Source of the DNA: a virus
Taxonomy: Duplodnaviria > Caudoviricetes
Virus record (IMG/VR): IMGVR_UViG_3300013947_000019
Coordinates: 160,001-224,000 of that record
Direction: 5' to 3' (one strand)
Length of the DNA: 64,000 nucleotides
Position numbers and translations under genes: made by a program. The first letter of the stretch is position 1. The number at the start of each line of letters is the position of its first letter. Below the pieces are notes generated by a model, which searched no databases, was not told the DNA's origin, and saw nothing but the letters and a program-made list of their open reading frames with translations. Positions 29,437 to 40,546 of the stretch are shown here, piece after piece.

Positions 29437-29446
29437 TATAATATAT
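29437..29446 (-). promoter_or_regulatory. Putative early promoter ATATATTATA
   Basis: Third copy of the motif. Confidence 0.5.
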
Positions 29447-29524
29447 ATCTGAAAACAAATTGAGAAAAGAAGGGAGCCCAGGGTTAATCCCCTGGACTCT
29501 CCTTTCTTGCTAACAAGATATCAG

Positions 29525-32500
29525 TTATAATAAAGTCATTATAACTCGTCCAATAGAAGTTAATACTTCTTTTGGAACAGTAATCTTATCTGAATAGATA
29601 GAAGCATCATATGCAGCCTGGAAATTAAATTGTGGATCACGTGCAGTTACCCAAGATAAATACTGCTGGTACACATTAATCATTACAGACCGCAAATCGA
29701 TTAATTGCTTCTTCAAGTCCGCCTTTACTGTAGTGTTCTGTTTGGTTGTAGAAATTAAATAGTATTTATTGATCAATTTGATCATATAATGAATACGACA
29801 TAATTGATCAATAACTCCTTGTTTATTTCCTGCCTTCATATTCACTTTCAGTAATTGATTTGCTTCTCGGAAATATTTATCCAGTTGATCAACTTCTCGA
29901 CGATGGATAATAATATTACCATCCTTATCAAGTTTGATCTTAAAACTGTGTAAATACTTCTTGAAATTCTGATAAGCAGATTCATCCATAGTAGCCATCT
30001 GGTAATTGAAAATTGCTTCACCCAATGGATCATATGGATTTAAATCTAACACTGCAGACTCTGTTACAGGAATATTTGTGCTCTGAACTGCCCTCTGTTG
30101 GGCTCTCCGAATACTTTCAATTCGTAGAAGCTTCTTTGTAACCTTATCTACGAGTATCTGGTCATACTCTTTGATTAAACCGCTTGTAACGTACAAAGCG
30201 AAGTTTGTATACAAGAAATCTTCAGGTCTCGTTAAAGACGGTTCACGAATCATTGGCTTCTGTCCAGGTTCAGTACCAGCATTAATAATATCTGCAACAA
30301 AGCGACTGCAGAACCAACGCTGCTCCGGATTATCTGCAATACCAAAGAAGTTCTTGAATAATCCAGCAAAGTCGTATCTGAATTTTGTCTTATTCTTAAC
30401 AAAATACTCCAGACGTTTCTTCATAGCAGCAAGCTGACTAGCAGTTACAGGGATACAATATAATGCATAGGTAACATCTTCATTCGTATAGGGAGAATTA
30501 TGAATGCTCTCCTTCACAAATGACCCATTAGATAGTTCAGTTAACTTTGTCTTTCGTCCAAAAGAATACATATTCTTTAGACTTGAATCGAAACTGATTG
30601 TACAATGAGAGAAATGTGATCCAGTGGCTTTCTTAATTGCATTTGCAAGAAGTGTGCCAGTATGAACACAAAGAACATAAACAGGATATAAAGTTCGATC
30701 ATCCGTAGATTCATTGATTGGATCAAAGAATTTAACTTTATCCAACATTTCAAACTTATAACCAGTTTCATTTACAAAATCACCATTAGATATACCAGGA
30801 GTATTATCAAAGAAATTACGTGAACCATCATTGTATGGAATATCAGAAATATCAACTTCCTCATTCTTTTTATTGAACTTAGATTTGAATTCTTCTCTCC
30901 TCCGTTCTTGCTCACGTTTCTTTGCATACTTCTTCTTAGCTTTACGAGCTTTAGCTAACTGTCTATCCTTCTGTTTCTTTTTAAATTGTTCTTTGCGTTC
31001 TCTTTCTGCTTTCTCTCGTTCTTCTCGATACTTAATCTCTTCTTCAGTTTCATGACCAACTGCACGGATACCATACTTCTTAGATATCACATCCTGTTGG
31101 TCTCGATCAATCCCCTGAAGTTGATAAGCATCTTCATTAATTGGTTTATCAAGAGGTATAATCTGGAATCCTTGATTCACTTGATATACATTAATTGTAC
31201 CGCAGCAACTATCATATTTATAATAATTAGAAATAGATCCAATACATTCATCTAAAGTATTATATACAACTCCATATATGAATGGATTACTAGGAGTATA
31301 TGAGATTGTTGGTATCTTAGATTGTTGATCACAAGTCCAGCAATACCCAGTTTCATTCATCGTATTATGATAGATTTTATCCATTATCATAAAAATAGTT
31401 TTACAAGATTCTAAGAAAAACAGATATCTATCAATAATATTATTGAATTCATATACATACTTTATATAATCTTTCTTCTTATCAAAATGAACCAAAGAAC
31501 TATCTACCTGATTATCATGTAAATATAATCCAGGATATTCACGAACAGGATAAACAATATAGTTTTTCTGGTCAAAATATGTATTGATTCGTCTTGATAA
31601 TTTCTTTAACATCTTTTGCCTACTGTTCATTATGGTAAGTTTGTCTCTAATCATCGATGATCCATTCATCTTTGATTTCGGATTAGCGCTTTCCATAATT
31701 GTAGTTGTAGCACTATAAGTTACATTATCATATGCTGGGATTATAGAACCATCTGTATTACAGATCAATAAAAGAAGTTTATTATACTTTCCATATTTTT
31801 CAGCAATTAAATTTACTGAGGTATATGTTTTTCCATTGATTGTAATAGGTTCGCATTCCCAATTATCTTTAGTAGAATATCTAGATCGATGCACAATAAT
31901 GATCATGTCATATCTAGTGGCTCTACCAAATAATCTATCAGGGCTAATTATATTACCAGCACTATGATATACATTAGATTGAATATACACTACACCAGGA
32001 ATAGAATCATATGTATATTTTACTGTACCATTTTCTTCACTGATAGTGTAGTCTTTCATCATCTTTTTAATTTTCTTGATTTGTTCAGGAGCCATATCAG
32101 GGTTATCCAAAATATTTTTAATTTCTGCTTCAGATACTTTAATATTCTTCAAGTGTTCAATTAATTCCATCCTGAAAAATACTTCAATAGTTTGAAGTTC
32201 ATTAAATCGTTTGGACATATATTCAGCAAATTCATTTTCAGAAAGACCCTCAGGGACGAAGTCTTTCATATAATTTGCTTTAGATAAATTATTTACTAAA
32301 TATTCAAGTATGACTGCTGATCCAAGATAATCATCTGAAACAGGATCTGCAAAACTACTCAATCTATCAGTAAAATATTTTGCTAGTTCTTCAGAATTCT
32401 TGATACGACCCAATAATACCTTATCAACATTTTCAGGATTTATGACGATATTAGCATCTAATATATCATCTACTAATGATGTATATTTATGATCTTCATC

Positions 32501-34543
32501 AAGTCCTAAACTTTTGATAATTCTATCAATTTTCTTCTGATCTGTAATATTAGCATCTTTGATATATTGATCAAAATTATAGACAGATTCAGCCATTACA
32601 TCTTGATCATCCGTAGAAAGTTTCACTTTATATGGTTTCTGAGATTTCTCTCCTACATCATCGTCAGCTAAGAACAAATGAGCATCCTCTGGTTCCATCA
32701 AAATTTCATTCAGATCATCAGATTTCTTATCAGAAAATTTGCCCTCATTTAAGCTGAGTAGATTCTCGTATTGATTCATAGCAGATTCATTGTTTACATC
32801 ACAAGCAATCATACTATTCTTCAATGCACTACTGATCAAAATTTTAGGATCTACTTCTTTATTCCAGAAAAGATCTCTGACCAATAAATCTACAGCAGTA
32901 TCATTGATAGTTCTTTGATAGCATTGAAACATATTAAACCATTTTTGAACTTCTTTAGAAGGATGCATATATTCTTCAGGAAATTCAAATAATTGATCAT
33001 AATATGGTTGGCTATACCAATATGCAATTGCTGCACATAAAGCATTCGGACAACCTGTTTCAATGGTTCTTTGATTAGAAGTTGTAACCATAATATCGAA
33101 TATGCATACAAACTTCATCAATGAGAACTTATCAATATTCTCTGGAACCATATCAAGACGAATTACATAGGAATCATCAACTCCTCTACCACCAAGGGGA
33201 GAAGAATCTTGTTCAGTGATTGCCCACAGGTTACGAATTCGATCAGTAGTCTTGATATGAATTAACTGATTACCGAGCTGTACATTATCACAGAACCAAT
33301 CAATACAACTGACTAATCCATCATCACCATAATCTTGATCATCGACTTTAATGCAAGAATGAGGCAAACCATTAATTGCAAATGACTCATTCACTAAACC
33401 ATCTTCCCCAAAGATATCTTTCAGAATATCCTGTGGATCTCTACCAGGTTTCAGATAAGCAGGATTCACTGAATGGAAGATTGTTTCAGTGTACTTATTA
33501 GATTCGATCTGGTCTCGATACAGATTCAGAATTTCAGTTTTCATATCATTCACATCTTTAAACTCATGAATACCTACATTCTTCCTCCAAGAAGCTTCAA
33601 ACCAAGTTGCACTATCATCTAGATCAACCCAATAGTTAAACATATGGACAAATCCAGGTTTAGGGTTTGTAGGTTCATATGCAACAAAGATCATCAATCG
33701 AGGGTTGTGTCCTAATTTTCTTAATCGAGGATTCACAAAGAGTGCAATATCAAAATCAGAAGCAGTTCGAGACCGAGCCATTTCAATATCAGTCTTCACT
33801 TTCCCCATAGGACCAATATGTAAATTCTGCTTGATCCATCTAAGGAGTTTCTCTTCTGTATCTACAGTAGATAAGCTCATCAGATATGTAGTAGAAACTT
33901 CGTCTTCTCCCACTACAGATTCATCAACCGGTTTTAACATATCTTCTTCAAAGATATCAGTCAGATATAAAACTCTTGAAGCATCATACACTTTACCTGT
34001 TTTAGCATCAGAGAGTTCAACGGCAGTATGAACAACTCTATCTTTCAGATAAGTATTATATGCATCCTGAATTAATTCACTGATCTCAATTGGATGTTTA
34101 TAATAATCTTCTCGGTAAGCATTGATGTGATTTGCATCATTTACATCAGATCTCTTTTCAGAATGTAAATGACCGTGTATATTAATCATATCAGGTTCTA
34201 CTTTAAGAGGGAAGTGAGAAAATGCTACCTGATTGATTACACATATATCACATACTTCATCAAAACCAATATCTCGATAGAAATAATCAGTTTCAGTATC
34301 ATGATTACCTTTTACCAGAATCTTATATCCCGGTATATTTTGGACAAGACGTTTCAGTTCATTCAGATCAGTTACCGCTGGATCGCAAAGATCACCCAGG
34401 TAAATGAATACGTCATCTACCTGGATGTCATTTGCATAAGAATCGGATAACTGTCTGATGTTACTAACAGACTGATATGGGTGATGAGGAGTATGTCCAG
34501 CACTCCATACATGCCAGTCTGTACCAACCCAGACATTTTTCAT
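29525..34543 (-). CDS. 1672-aa multidomain protein: N-terminal calcineurin-like metallophosphoesterase, C-terminal permuted papain-like (NlpC/P60, YiiX-type) domain; probable virion polyprotein
   Basis: DWH, LGDL, GNHD, SHFP, NIHGHLH; later FSHCTISFD...RYDF...WFCSRFVA; many (V/I/L/M)xE-S/T/A linkers. Confidence 0.8.
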   Translation of the reverse strand: MKNVWVGTDWHVWSAGHTPHHPYQSVSNIRQLSDSYANDIQVDDVFIYLGDLCDPAVTDLNELKRLVQNIPGYKILVKGNHDTETDYFYRDIGFDEVCDICVINQVAFSHFPLKVEPDMINIHGHLHSEKRSDVNDANHINAYREDYYKHPIEISELIQDAYNTYLKDRVVHTAVELSDAKTGKVYDASRVLYLTDIFEEDMLKPVDESVVGEDEVSTTYLMSLSTVDTEEKLLRWIKQNLHIGPMGKVKTDIEMARSRTASDFDIALFVNPRLRKLGHNPRLMIFVAYEPTNPKPGFVHMFNYWVDLDDSATWFEASWRKNVGIHEFKDVNDMKTEILNLYRDQIESNKYTETIFHSVNPAYLKPGRDPQDILKDIFGEDGLVNESFAINGLPHSCIKVDDQDYGDDGLVSCIDWFCDNVQLGNQLIHIKTTDRIRNLWAITEQDSSPLGGRGVDDSYVIRLDMVPENIDKFSLMKFVCIFDIMVTTSNQRTIETGCPNALCAAIAYWYSQPYYDQLFEFPEEYMHPSKEVQKWFNMFQCYQRTINDTAVDLLVRDLFWNKEVDPKILISSALKNSMIACDVNNESAMNQYENLLSLNEGKFSDKKSDDLNEILMEPEDAHLFLADDDVGEKSQKPYKVKLSTDDQDVMAESVYNFDQYIKDANITDQKKIDRIIKSLGLDEDHKYTSLVDDILDANIVINPENVDKVLLGRIKNSEELAKYFTDRLSSFADPVSDDYLGSAVILEYLVNNLSKANYMKDFVPEGLSENEFAEYMSKRFNELQTIEVFFRMELIEHLKNIKVSEAEIKNILDNPDMAPEQIKKIKKMMKDYTISEENGTVKYTYDSIPGVVYIQSNVYHSAGNIISPDRLFGRATRYDMIIIVHRSRYSTKDNWECEPITINGKTYTSVNLIAEKYGKYNKLLLLICNTDGSIIPAYDNVTYSATTTIMESANPKSKMNGSSMIRDKLTIMNSRQKMLKKLSRRINTYFDQKNYIVYPVREYPGLYLHDNQVDSSLVHFDKKKDYIKYVYEFNNIIDRYLFFLESCKTIFMIMDKIYHNTMNETGYCWTCDQQSKIPTISYTPSNPFIYGVVYNTLDECIGSISNYYKYDSCCGTINVYQVNQGFQIIPLDKPINEDAYQLQGIDRDQQDVISKKYGIRAVGHETEEEIKYREEREKAERERKEQFKKKQKDRQLAKARKAKKKYAKKREQERRREEFKSKFNKKNEEVDISDIPYNDGSRNFFDNTPGISNGDFVNETGYKFEMLDKVKFFDPINESTDDRTLYPVYVLCVHTGTLLANAIKKATGSHFSHCTISFDSSLKNMYSFGRKTKLTELSNGSFVKESIHNSPYTNEDVTYALYCIPVTASQLAAMKKRLEYFVKNKTKFRYDFAGLFKNFFGIADNPEQRWFCSRFVADIINAGTEPGQKPMIREPSLTRPEDFLYTNFALYVTSGLIKEYDQILVDKVTKKLLRIESIRRAQQRAVQSTNIPVTESAVLDLNPYDPLGEAIFNYQMATMDESAYQNFKKYLHSFKIKLDKDGNIIIHRREVDQLDKYFREANQLLKVNMKAGNKQGVIDQLCRIHYMIKLINKYYLISTTKQNTTVKADLKKQLIDLRSVMINVYQQYLSWVTARDPQFNFQAAYDASIYSDKITVPKEVLTSIGRVIMTLL

Positions 34544-34555
34544 AGTTACTATCCC

Positions 34556-34822
34556 TCACTCTATGACTTCTTCATATCGATCCAGGAAAACAGAGGCATC
34601 CGTTGCTATGAATAATCGGTATCCAACTCGTAGTATATACTGATTCGGTTTTACATGAGTTTCTCCAAATCGTGTATTTAGAGTGAATAGCCGGACTCCC
34701 TTATCGATATAAAATGGTTTATATGCATTACCGTGACAGAACGATGCAACTTCGTCATAGTTTGTTCCATCATATAGGATAGCCTCTATGGTATTGTTCC
34801 GTAAACGATACTTTTTTACCAT
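34556..34822 (-). CDS. Small phage hypothetical protein (KYR....IEAI.YDG.N type)
   Basis: Motif commonly seen in phage proteins. Confidence 0.7.
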   Translation of the reverse strand: MVKKYRLRNNTIEAILYDGTNYDEVASFCHGNAYKPFYIDKGVRLFTLNTRFGETHVKPNQYILRVGYRLFIATDASVFLDRYEEVIE

Positions 34823-34840
34823 AGCTATTCACCTACACTT

Positions 34841-36364
34841 TTATTCTTCAAGTAAAAACTCTGCAGATTCAGCTAAAAGAATATCAAGATCAGTTTCAAC
34901 TGACTCATTCTGAGATTTCTTAGTATTTTTCAGCTTATAATACCCATTGTAGATAGGCTCGATCCGAATATAAATATATTCATTATCGCCAACACTCACC
35001 TTAATATCAGGATATTTAGTTGATTTCCCATCATCATTAAATCCCAGTTTCTTAATAGCTTCTTTAATTATCTTTTTCGATTCATAATATGCATTATCAA
35101 AAGCTTTTTCATATGCCTCATCATCATTAGGAGATTTAGCATTTTTAGCAATGAGATCTGCATATATATCAGGATTAGGATCACTGATATTTACAAAGGT
35201 AGAAGAAAAAACTGGTTTAACATACTTACCTGCAGAAAAATCACGTTTAAAATTTGATGCTTTTTCGTGAATTTCTGGAGTTTTATAATATCTGTTATTA
35301 TAACATGGCTCAAAAATAATTTTCCACCACTTAGTAGTTTTCAGCTTGCTAATAATAATAACATTGATACTGATCATATCATTGATCAGCTTATCGAATT
35401 CAGCTTTTGTTACTTCTTTAGCATTCTTTTCTTTCTTTGATTTAATACCCAAAAAAGATTCATCCATAGCTGCATCAATCTCACGAAGAGTATTTGCATC
35501 AATGGGATCATCCTCATCTAAATCAAGATCATTATCATTCTCTAAATCATCCAGATCAGCAGTAGTGACTCCAGCCAGAGCCATCAGTTCCTCCATCTCA
35601 GGATCATTAGAAATTTCAGAATGGTCTTCATTCATAGGATCTTTAGTAACGGTCTCATTCTGAGTTTTATTAAACTCTTTCTTTTTAGCCTGAAGTCCCT
35701 TGATGTAATTAGCTTTAAACCATTCGATATGCTTCTCAACCTTCTCGGGAGTAACTCCATTATCCAACCACTTCTGGACAACCTTGACATTCACATACTT
35801 ATTGGGATTACCATCTCGAACAGATTTCAGGTTCTGAATCAGCTTCTTATCATGTGCAACTGACAGATAAGCATCCTTCAACAGATAGTCACAATCTCGT
35901 GCTGATTTACAACATTCAATAGCTCCCATCAGCCATTTCTGATTCGGTTTGAAGTCACCATTGGTATAACCATTCTTACGAGGATATGGAGTCTTCTTAA
36001 TTCTCATAGTGAGCTTCATATCATCCCACCACTGAGACTTATCATATGGTTCATTACCACCCTTCTTGAACTCCTCAGAGTCAGTATCAAACATAGCGTT
36101 GACACCCTGATCAACTTTCTGCTCGACATGCTTTTTGATAGCATTCTCTAAGAGTTCAGTCTCACGAATGGTAAATCGGTAACCAGTAGCAAGTGTATCC
36201 GCAGGAATATAGGATTCATTCTTTACTTCTGCTTCCCACTCAGAGATATCTTCTTTAGCTTCTTTGTGTGTATCATATTCAGCTAACTTTTCACCATTAT
36301 CGGCGAACACTGCATAGTGACCATTATAACCATTTATATAACAACCTTCATATTTATCTTTCAT
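34841..36364 (-). CDS. Putative internal head protein
   Basis: KNES, QNET, MDES, QNES and LAES motifs separating domains. Confidence 0.6.
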   Translation of the reverse strand: MKDKYEGCYINGYNGHYAVFADNGEKLAEYDTHKEAKEDISEWEAEVKNESYIPADTLATGYRFTIRETELLENAIKKHVEQKVDQGVNAMFDTDSEEFKKGGNEPYDKSQWWDDMKLTMRIKKTPYPRKNGYTNGDFKPNQKWLMGAIECCKSARDCDYLLKDAYLSVAHDKKLIQNLKSVRDGNPNKYVNVKVVQKWLDNGVTPEKVEKHIEWFKANYIKGLQAKKKEFNKTQNETVTKDPMNEDHSEISNDPEMEELMALAGVTTADLDDLENDNDLDLDEDDPIDANTLREIDAAMDESFLGIKSKKEKNAKEVTKAEFDKLINDMISINVIIISKLKTTKWWKIIFEPCYNNRYYKTPEIHEKASNFKRDFSAGKYVKPVFSSTFVNISDPNPDIYADLIAKNAKSPNDDEAYEKAFDNAYYESKKIIKEAIKKLGFNDDGKSTKYPDIKVSVGDNEYIYIRIEPIYNGYYKLKNTKKSQNESVETDLDILLAESAEFLLEE

Positions 36365-36390
36365 ATGGAGTTTTCCTCCCTCTATGTTTT

Positions 36391-38607
36391 TTACCAGAGC
36401 ATATTCACAAGAGTATCCATACTACCAATAGACTCATTGACAGCTTTCTTGGATTGCTGATCAGCATATTTCTCAGCTTCTTGCATACCCTTGATAGATT
36501 CTTGTTCATATTTCTTAATTATCTCTGCAAGTTTTTCACATGCATCAATAACTTCTTTCTTAAGCTGTTCATATGAATCTATTTGAACTTCTTTGACTTC
36601 ATTTTCTTTAACGATACCAACTTTAACTTTCTTTACAAACTTACCTTTGTTCATACGTTTTTCAAAGAAAACTTTAATCTTTTCGATAGCAGATTTGAAC
36701 GTAGCAATAACTTTCTTAAAGAAATTAACTACTACACCAATAATCTTCTTTATCCATCCAACTAAAGTATTCCATGCTTTAGATATTGCACCTTCAGTAA
36801 GAGAAATATTATTAATATTATATGATGTATCATCAAAACAATAAGTTTCTGATAATATATCTAATTCATTGGTAGTTTCATCGAGAATAGAAAAAGTTCT
36901 ATCAAAAGAAGAATCATCGACAGTCTCTGAAAATGTACTATTTACAGAATGCCGAATCTTGACGCCTTTAGTATCAAGAATATCCTTAGCTAACTCATGG
37001 TTACCAGGATTACAAGAGATAATGTAAATATTCTTAAATCCTTCTTTGATCAGTTGACGAACAAGATCATTCATATCCGTATATGGACCACCATTAAGCG
37101 TTTTAATAGGTTGAACTTCCCAATAAGTCATATCTTTATGATCTTTTAAGAATTTATTCCATTTATCAAGAATTCTATTCTGTTCTTTCATCTGATCTAA
37201 TTGAACATAAATACATTCTTTATAAATTCTAGTAACCTGTGCTTCAGTAGAATCATCTTTAGTAGCTTTATTAACCTTCTCAGTAAGATCATCCAACTTT
37301 TTAATATATCTATCAACAACGGGTTCAATTCGTTCTAGTTCATCTTTGATTTCAGCAACAGTCTTACTATCATTATTCTTTGCAGCTTTCTTTGCAATGT
37401 CAGTTAATTCACCTATACGTTTCTTAATATCAGTAAGATTCTGCATAGTGAATTTTAATTTCTTTTCATTTTTATATTGTTCAGCTGCTTCAAATGCTTT
37501 ATTTGTATCATTAAGAGGTGTTAATACCTTAGTTAATGCTTGTTCTTTTTCGGCGAGTTCAGTAAGCTTACTAGTAGCTTTCATCTCATTCTCAGTAGTT
37601 GCATCAACAAGTTCATCGATTGCAGCTTCTGCTTCTTTTGCAGTCATATCCTTGAGAGAATTGCCACCATGACCAATAACAACAGCATCATATTGGAAAG
37701 CATACTGAAGCAAACGCTTAGCAGTTGTATCATTCTCAATAACACCTAAATCATAACTAGTATAAAAAAGACAACCACCACCGATAGATCTAAAGTCATA
37801 ATAATCGTCTTTCTTAAATTTAGTATCTTTAATTAAATCGATATCATTTTTAATATCCTTTATTGCTTTTTGACGTTCTTCTTGATCATTGCTATCTAAT
37901 GATTCAATATACATTTTAGCCATCATATCAGAATAACCAAGAGTAGCATAATTCTCTTGAACCATTTTCTTAAGGATAGCAATCATTGTATTATTGTATT
38001 GAATCCTAGCATTAATAATATCTTTAATTTGATTAGGATCATCTGTGATACAGAATGCATTTTCAAGAATAGCTCTCTTACAATCAGAATCAGATAAATC
38101 GTACTCATCCTTCAAATCATCTAAAGCGTTTTCCATTCCACCAATTACACGTACAAGATTACCTACTTCTTTACCTTCTGTATCATAAGGTGTACCTGGA
38201 GCAATTTCACCTTTTTTCAACTTTTCTTCAAGTTCAGCGAATAACGCTTTAGCTTTGTCGAACTGAAGTTCACATGCCTCATGATACGCTTTTACGATGT
38301 CTTTAGAAACAAGTATACGTTCATCTCTTGCTTTATCATATACTTCCAATTCATGTCGAATCATTCCATCGATAATATCCATACCATCAATAGAATATTG
38401 TTTTTCGGTTCCTCCACTATTTAATATAGTCATGAGAGAAATGTTAGAAGTAATAAGTTTGATATCATCTTCAGATTTGCCACGACTTTTAAGTTTTGCT
38501 TTGATTTTATCTTGAAGGTCTTTTGGAAGCCTGCTAAAACTATTACCAATAGATCCACCATGTGTAATCTCTGCTTCATTTAAAACAGGAAAATCGGTTA
38601 TATACAT
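36391..38607 (-). CDS. Putative internal head protein with a clan-CD-like His/Cys domain interrupted by a coiled coil
   Basis: Probable start MYITDF after the AGGAGG RBS; AVVIGHGG ... IYIISCN; LNEA, LTEG and VNES motifs. Confidence 0.6.
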   Translation of the reverse strand: MYITDFPVLNEAEITHGGSIGNSFSRLPKDLQDKIKAKLKSRGKSEDDIKLITSNISLMTILNSGGTEKQYSIDGMDIIDGMIRHELEVYDKARDERILVSKDIVKAYHEACELQFDKAKALFAELEEKLKKGEIAPGTPYDTEGKEVGNLVRVIGGMENALDDLKDEYDLSDSDCKRAILENAFCITDDPNQIKDIINARIQYNNTMIAILKKMVQENYATLGYSDMMAKMYIESLDSNDQEERQKAIKDIKNDIDLIKDTKFKKDDYYDFRSIGGGCLFYTSYDLGVIENDTTAKRLLQYAFQYDAVVIGHGGNSLKDMTAKEAEAAIDELVDATTENEMKATSKLTELAEKEQALTKVLTPLNDTNKAFEAAEQYKNEKKLKFTMQNLTDIKKRIGELTDIAKKAAKNNDSKTVAEIKDELERIEPVVDRYIKKLDDLTEKVNKATKDDSTEAQVTRIYKECIYVQLDQMKEQNRILDKWNKFLKDHKDMTYWEVQPIKTLNGGPYTDMNDLVRQLIKEGFKNIYIISCNPGNHELAKDILDTKGVKIRHSVNSTFSETVDDSSFDRTFSILDETTNELDILSETYCFDDTSYNINNISLTEGAISKAWNTLVGWIKKIIGVVVNFFKKVIATFKSAIEKIKVFFEKRMNKGKFVKKVKVGIVKENEVKEVQIDSYEQLKKEVIDACEKLAEIIKKYEQESIKGMQEAEKYADQQSKKAVNESIGSMDTLVNMLW

Positions 38608-38620
38608 AAAGCATAACCTC

Positions 38621-40546
38621 CTAGTTAATAATTGGTTCCGTAGAATCAATTGTCAAATTTACATTCTTCTTATCATTCGGTCCAAGTTCTTTATTCTGTA
38701 ATAAGTTTTGACCAACGTTTCCATTCACATCACTGCGGACATACCATGGAGCTTGATCAGGACTAGGACCAGCATCACTGGTCCCCTGATCATCTACTAC
38801 AGTATCACCCTCAGAGAGAACTCGAGTCATATGATCAATAATATTTTGATCTGCATATTCAGCATAAGGATGGTCGACACTAATACTAAAAGTACAACCA
38901 AATTCCTTATACTTCTTATTCAACATCCGAGCATATTTAGCTCGATCAGATTCATCCACTTCTTTAATCATATCCATAGCCATCCGAATACTATCTTGAT
39001 TCAGAATTGGATATTCCATTTTGTCGGGAAGTAGATAGATATTATCTATAACTTCTGGATCTAGTTGATTGATCACATAAGAATTGCACTTATCTTTATT
39101 CAGTAGGTCTCCACCAGCTTCATTAAGATCAGTATTCATCTTTTGTGAAACCATAGTAGAAGCAAAATTAATGATATTACGAGTAATTACTGCTTCATCC
39201 ATCGGATTATCAGTTGGATTCCAACACAGATCATACAAGTATTGTCTATGATAAAAAGCTTCAGCAGAAGAATCATCACATTCAGATAATTCATCATACT
39301 CAGCCTGCACGTGATTGATCCAATCTGCTAAAACACCCATCCAATAATCATCTAAGTTATCTATACTAAATTCAGGATTCAGTAAGATCATTCCCAGTAC
39401 ACTGTATAAGCTTAAGCAATATTCAATATGAATATTATCTTCCGCTTTACCTTCGTGATACCAGTTAGCTTGCTTTCTGAACCAAGGAATTACTTTATCT
39501 TCAAACTCCTCAGTAGTCAACTTATTAGGATGAGTTAACTGTTGTGTATAATCTTTACAAAGAGGAGGTCTGAGTCCATATAACTTCCATATTGTATCAT
39601 TGGTAGCCAATCCACCAAGACAAGTTAACAGTCTGATAGAGAAGGCATTAGATTTTACATCTGGATAGAAATACTCTAAGAAAGAATACTCTTTCAGATT
39701 AGCAATAGCTTTACCAAGAGCAGGCTGGAAATTCAAAATATTTGCGGTACGTGCTGCAATCTGCAGGTTTCGAATCTGTCTCTCTTTCTCAGTACCTTTA
39801 TTGAACTGCTCTTCAGAAACAACACCAGGAATATCTGCACTCAATGTAGCAAAACTTTCCTGTAATGATTTTGGAGCATATTCATATAAAGGATTACCCT
39901 TACCGATCTTAACATCCATATCAAACTCTTTGACTTTAGCAAAGATACGTTTTGCTAATTCTGCACGGTCTTTAGGATCTTTACAATGACCAAACATCCG
40001 AATAGCAAATTTCACATGTTTCTTATCATTGAGCGGATATTTTCTCAGTCTAGGTAAACCAAATTCCGAATCATCAAGAGCATTGCGTTCTGCAGCTTTC
40101 ATTGCAGATTCGTTATAATATGACTCATACATAGAAGTATAAGACTGATTAATATCACCAAATACTTCTTTAGGAGTATAATTCATCTGGTCAGTATCTG
40201 GATCAAGAAGATCTACCTGCTCAGTATCATCTTCATCGCTCAAAAGAGAAGGCTCATCTCCATCTACTTTCCAAGTAGTTACATCATGAGACTTATATAA
40301 CTTAGAGAAGGGAAGATCTACACTTTCCATCATTTGTGCTCTGACGATATCTGCACCAGTATAATCCTGTGCATTTGGATCCATCAGCTTCTCTCCCTGA
40401 TCATCATTATTCACAGTCTCTTCATTACCATCTACATCTGGATCAAGTAATGAACGATTCTGAATAGGATCTTCGATATTAACCAGGATCTCTTTGCGGA
40501 TACTGGCAACATCAGGAGTTGACATAGGAATATAATTCAGACTCAA
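38621..40546 (-). CDS. Putative head protein with two DUF6582-like repeats
   Basis: LDDSEFGLPRLRKYPLNDKKHVKFAI and YLLPDKMEYPILNQDSIRMAM. Confidence 0.6.
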   Translation of the reverse strand: MSLNYIPMSTPDVASIRKEILVNIEDPIQNRSLLDPDVDGNEETVNNDDQGEKLMDPNAQDYTGADIVRAQMMESVDLPFSKLYKSHDVTTWKVDGDEPSLLSDEDDTEQVDLLDPDTDQMNYTPKEVFGDINQSYTSMYESYYNESAMKAAERNALDDSEFGLPRLRKYPLNDKKHVKFAIRMFGHCKDPKDRAELAKRIFAKVKEFDMDVKIGKGNPLYEYAPKSLQESFATLSADIPGVVSEEQFNKGTEKERQIRNLQIAARTANILNFQPALGKAIANLKEYSFLEYFYPDVKSNAFSIRLLTCLGGLATNDTIWKLYGLRPPLCKDYTQQLTHPNKLTTEEFEDKVIPWFRKQANWYHEGKAEDNIHIEYCLSLYSVLGMILLNPEFSIDNLDDYWMGVLADWINHVQAEYDELSECDDSSAEAFYHRQYLYDLCWNPTDNPMDEAVITRNIINFASTMVSQKMNTDLNEAGGDLLNKDKCNSYVINQLDPEVIDNIYLLPDKMEYPILNQDSIRMAMDMIKEVDESDRAKYARMLNKKYKEFGCTFSISVDHPYAEYADQNIIDHMTRVLSEGDTVVDDQGTSDAGPSPDQAPWYVRSDVNGNVGQNLLQNKELGPNDKKNVNLTIDSTEPIIN

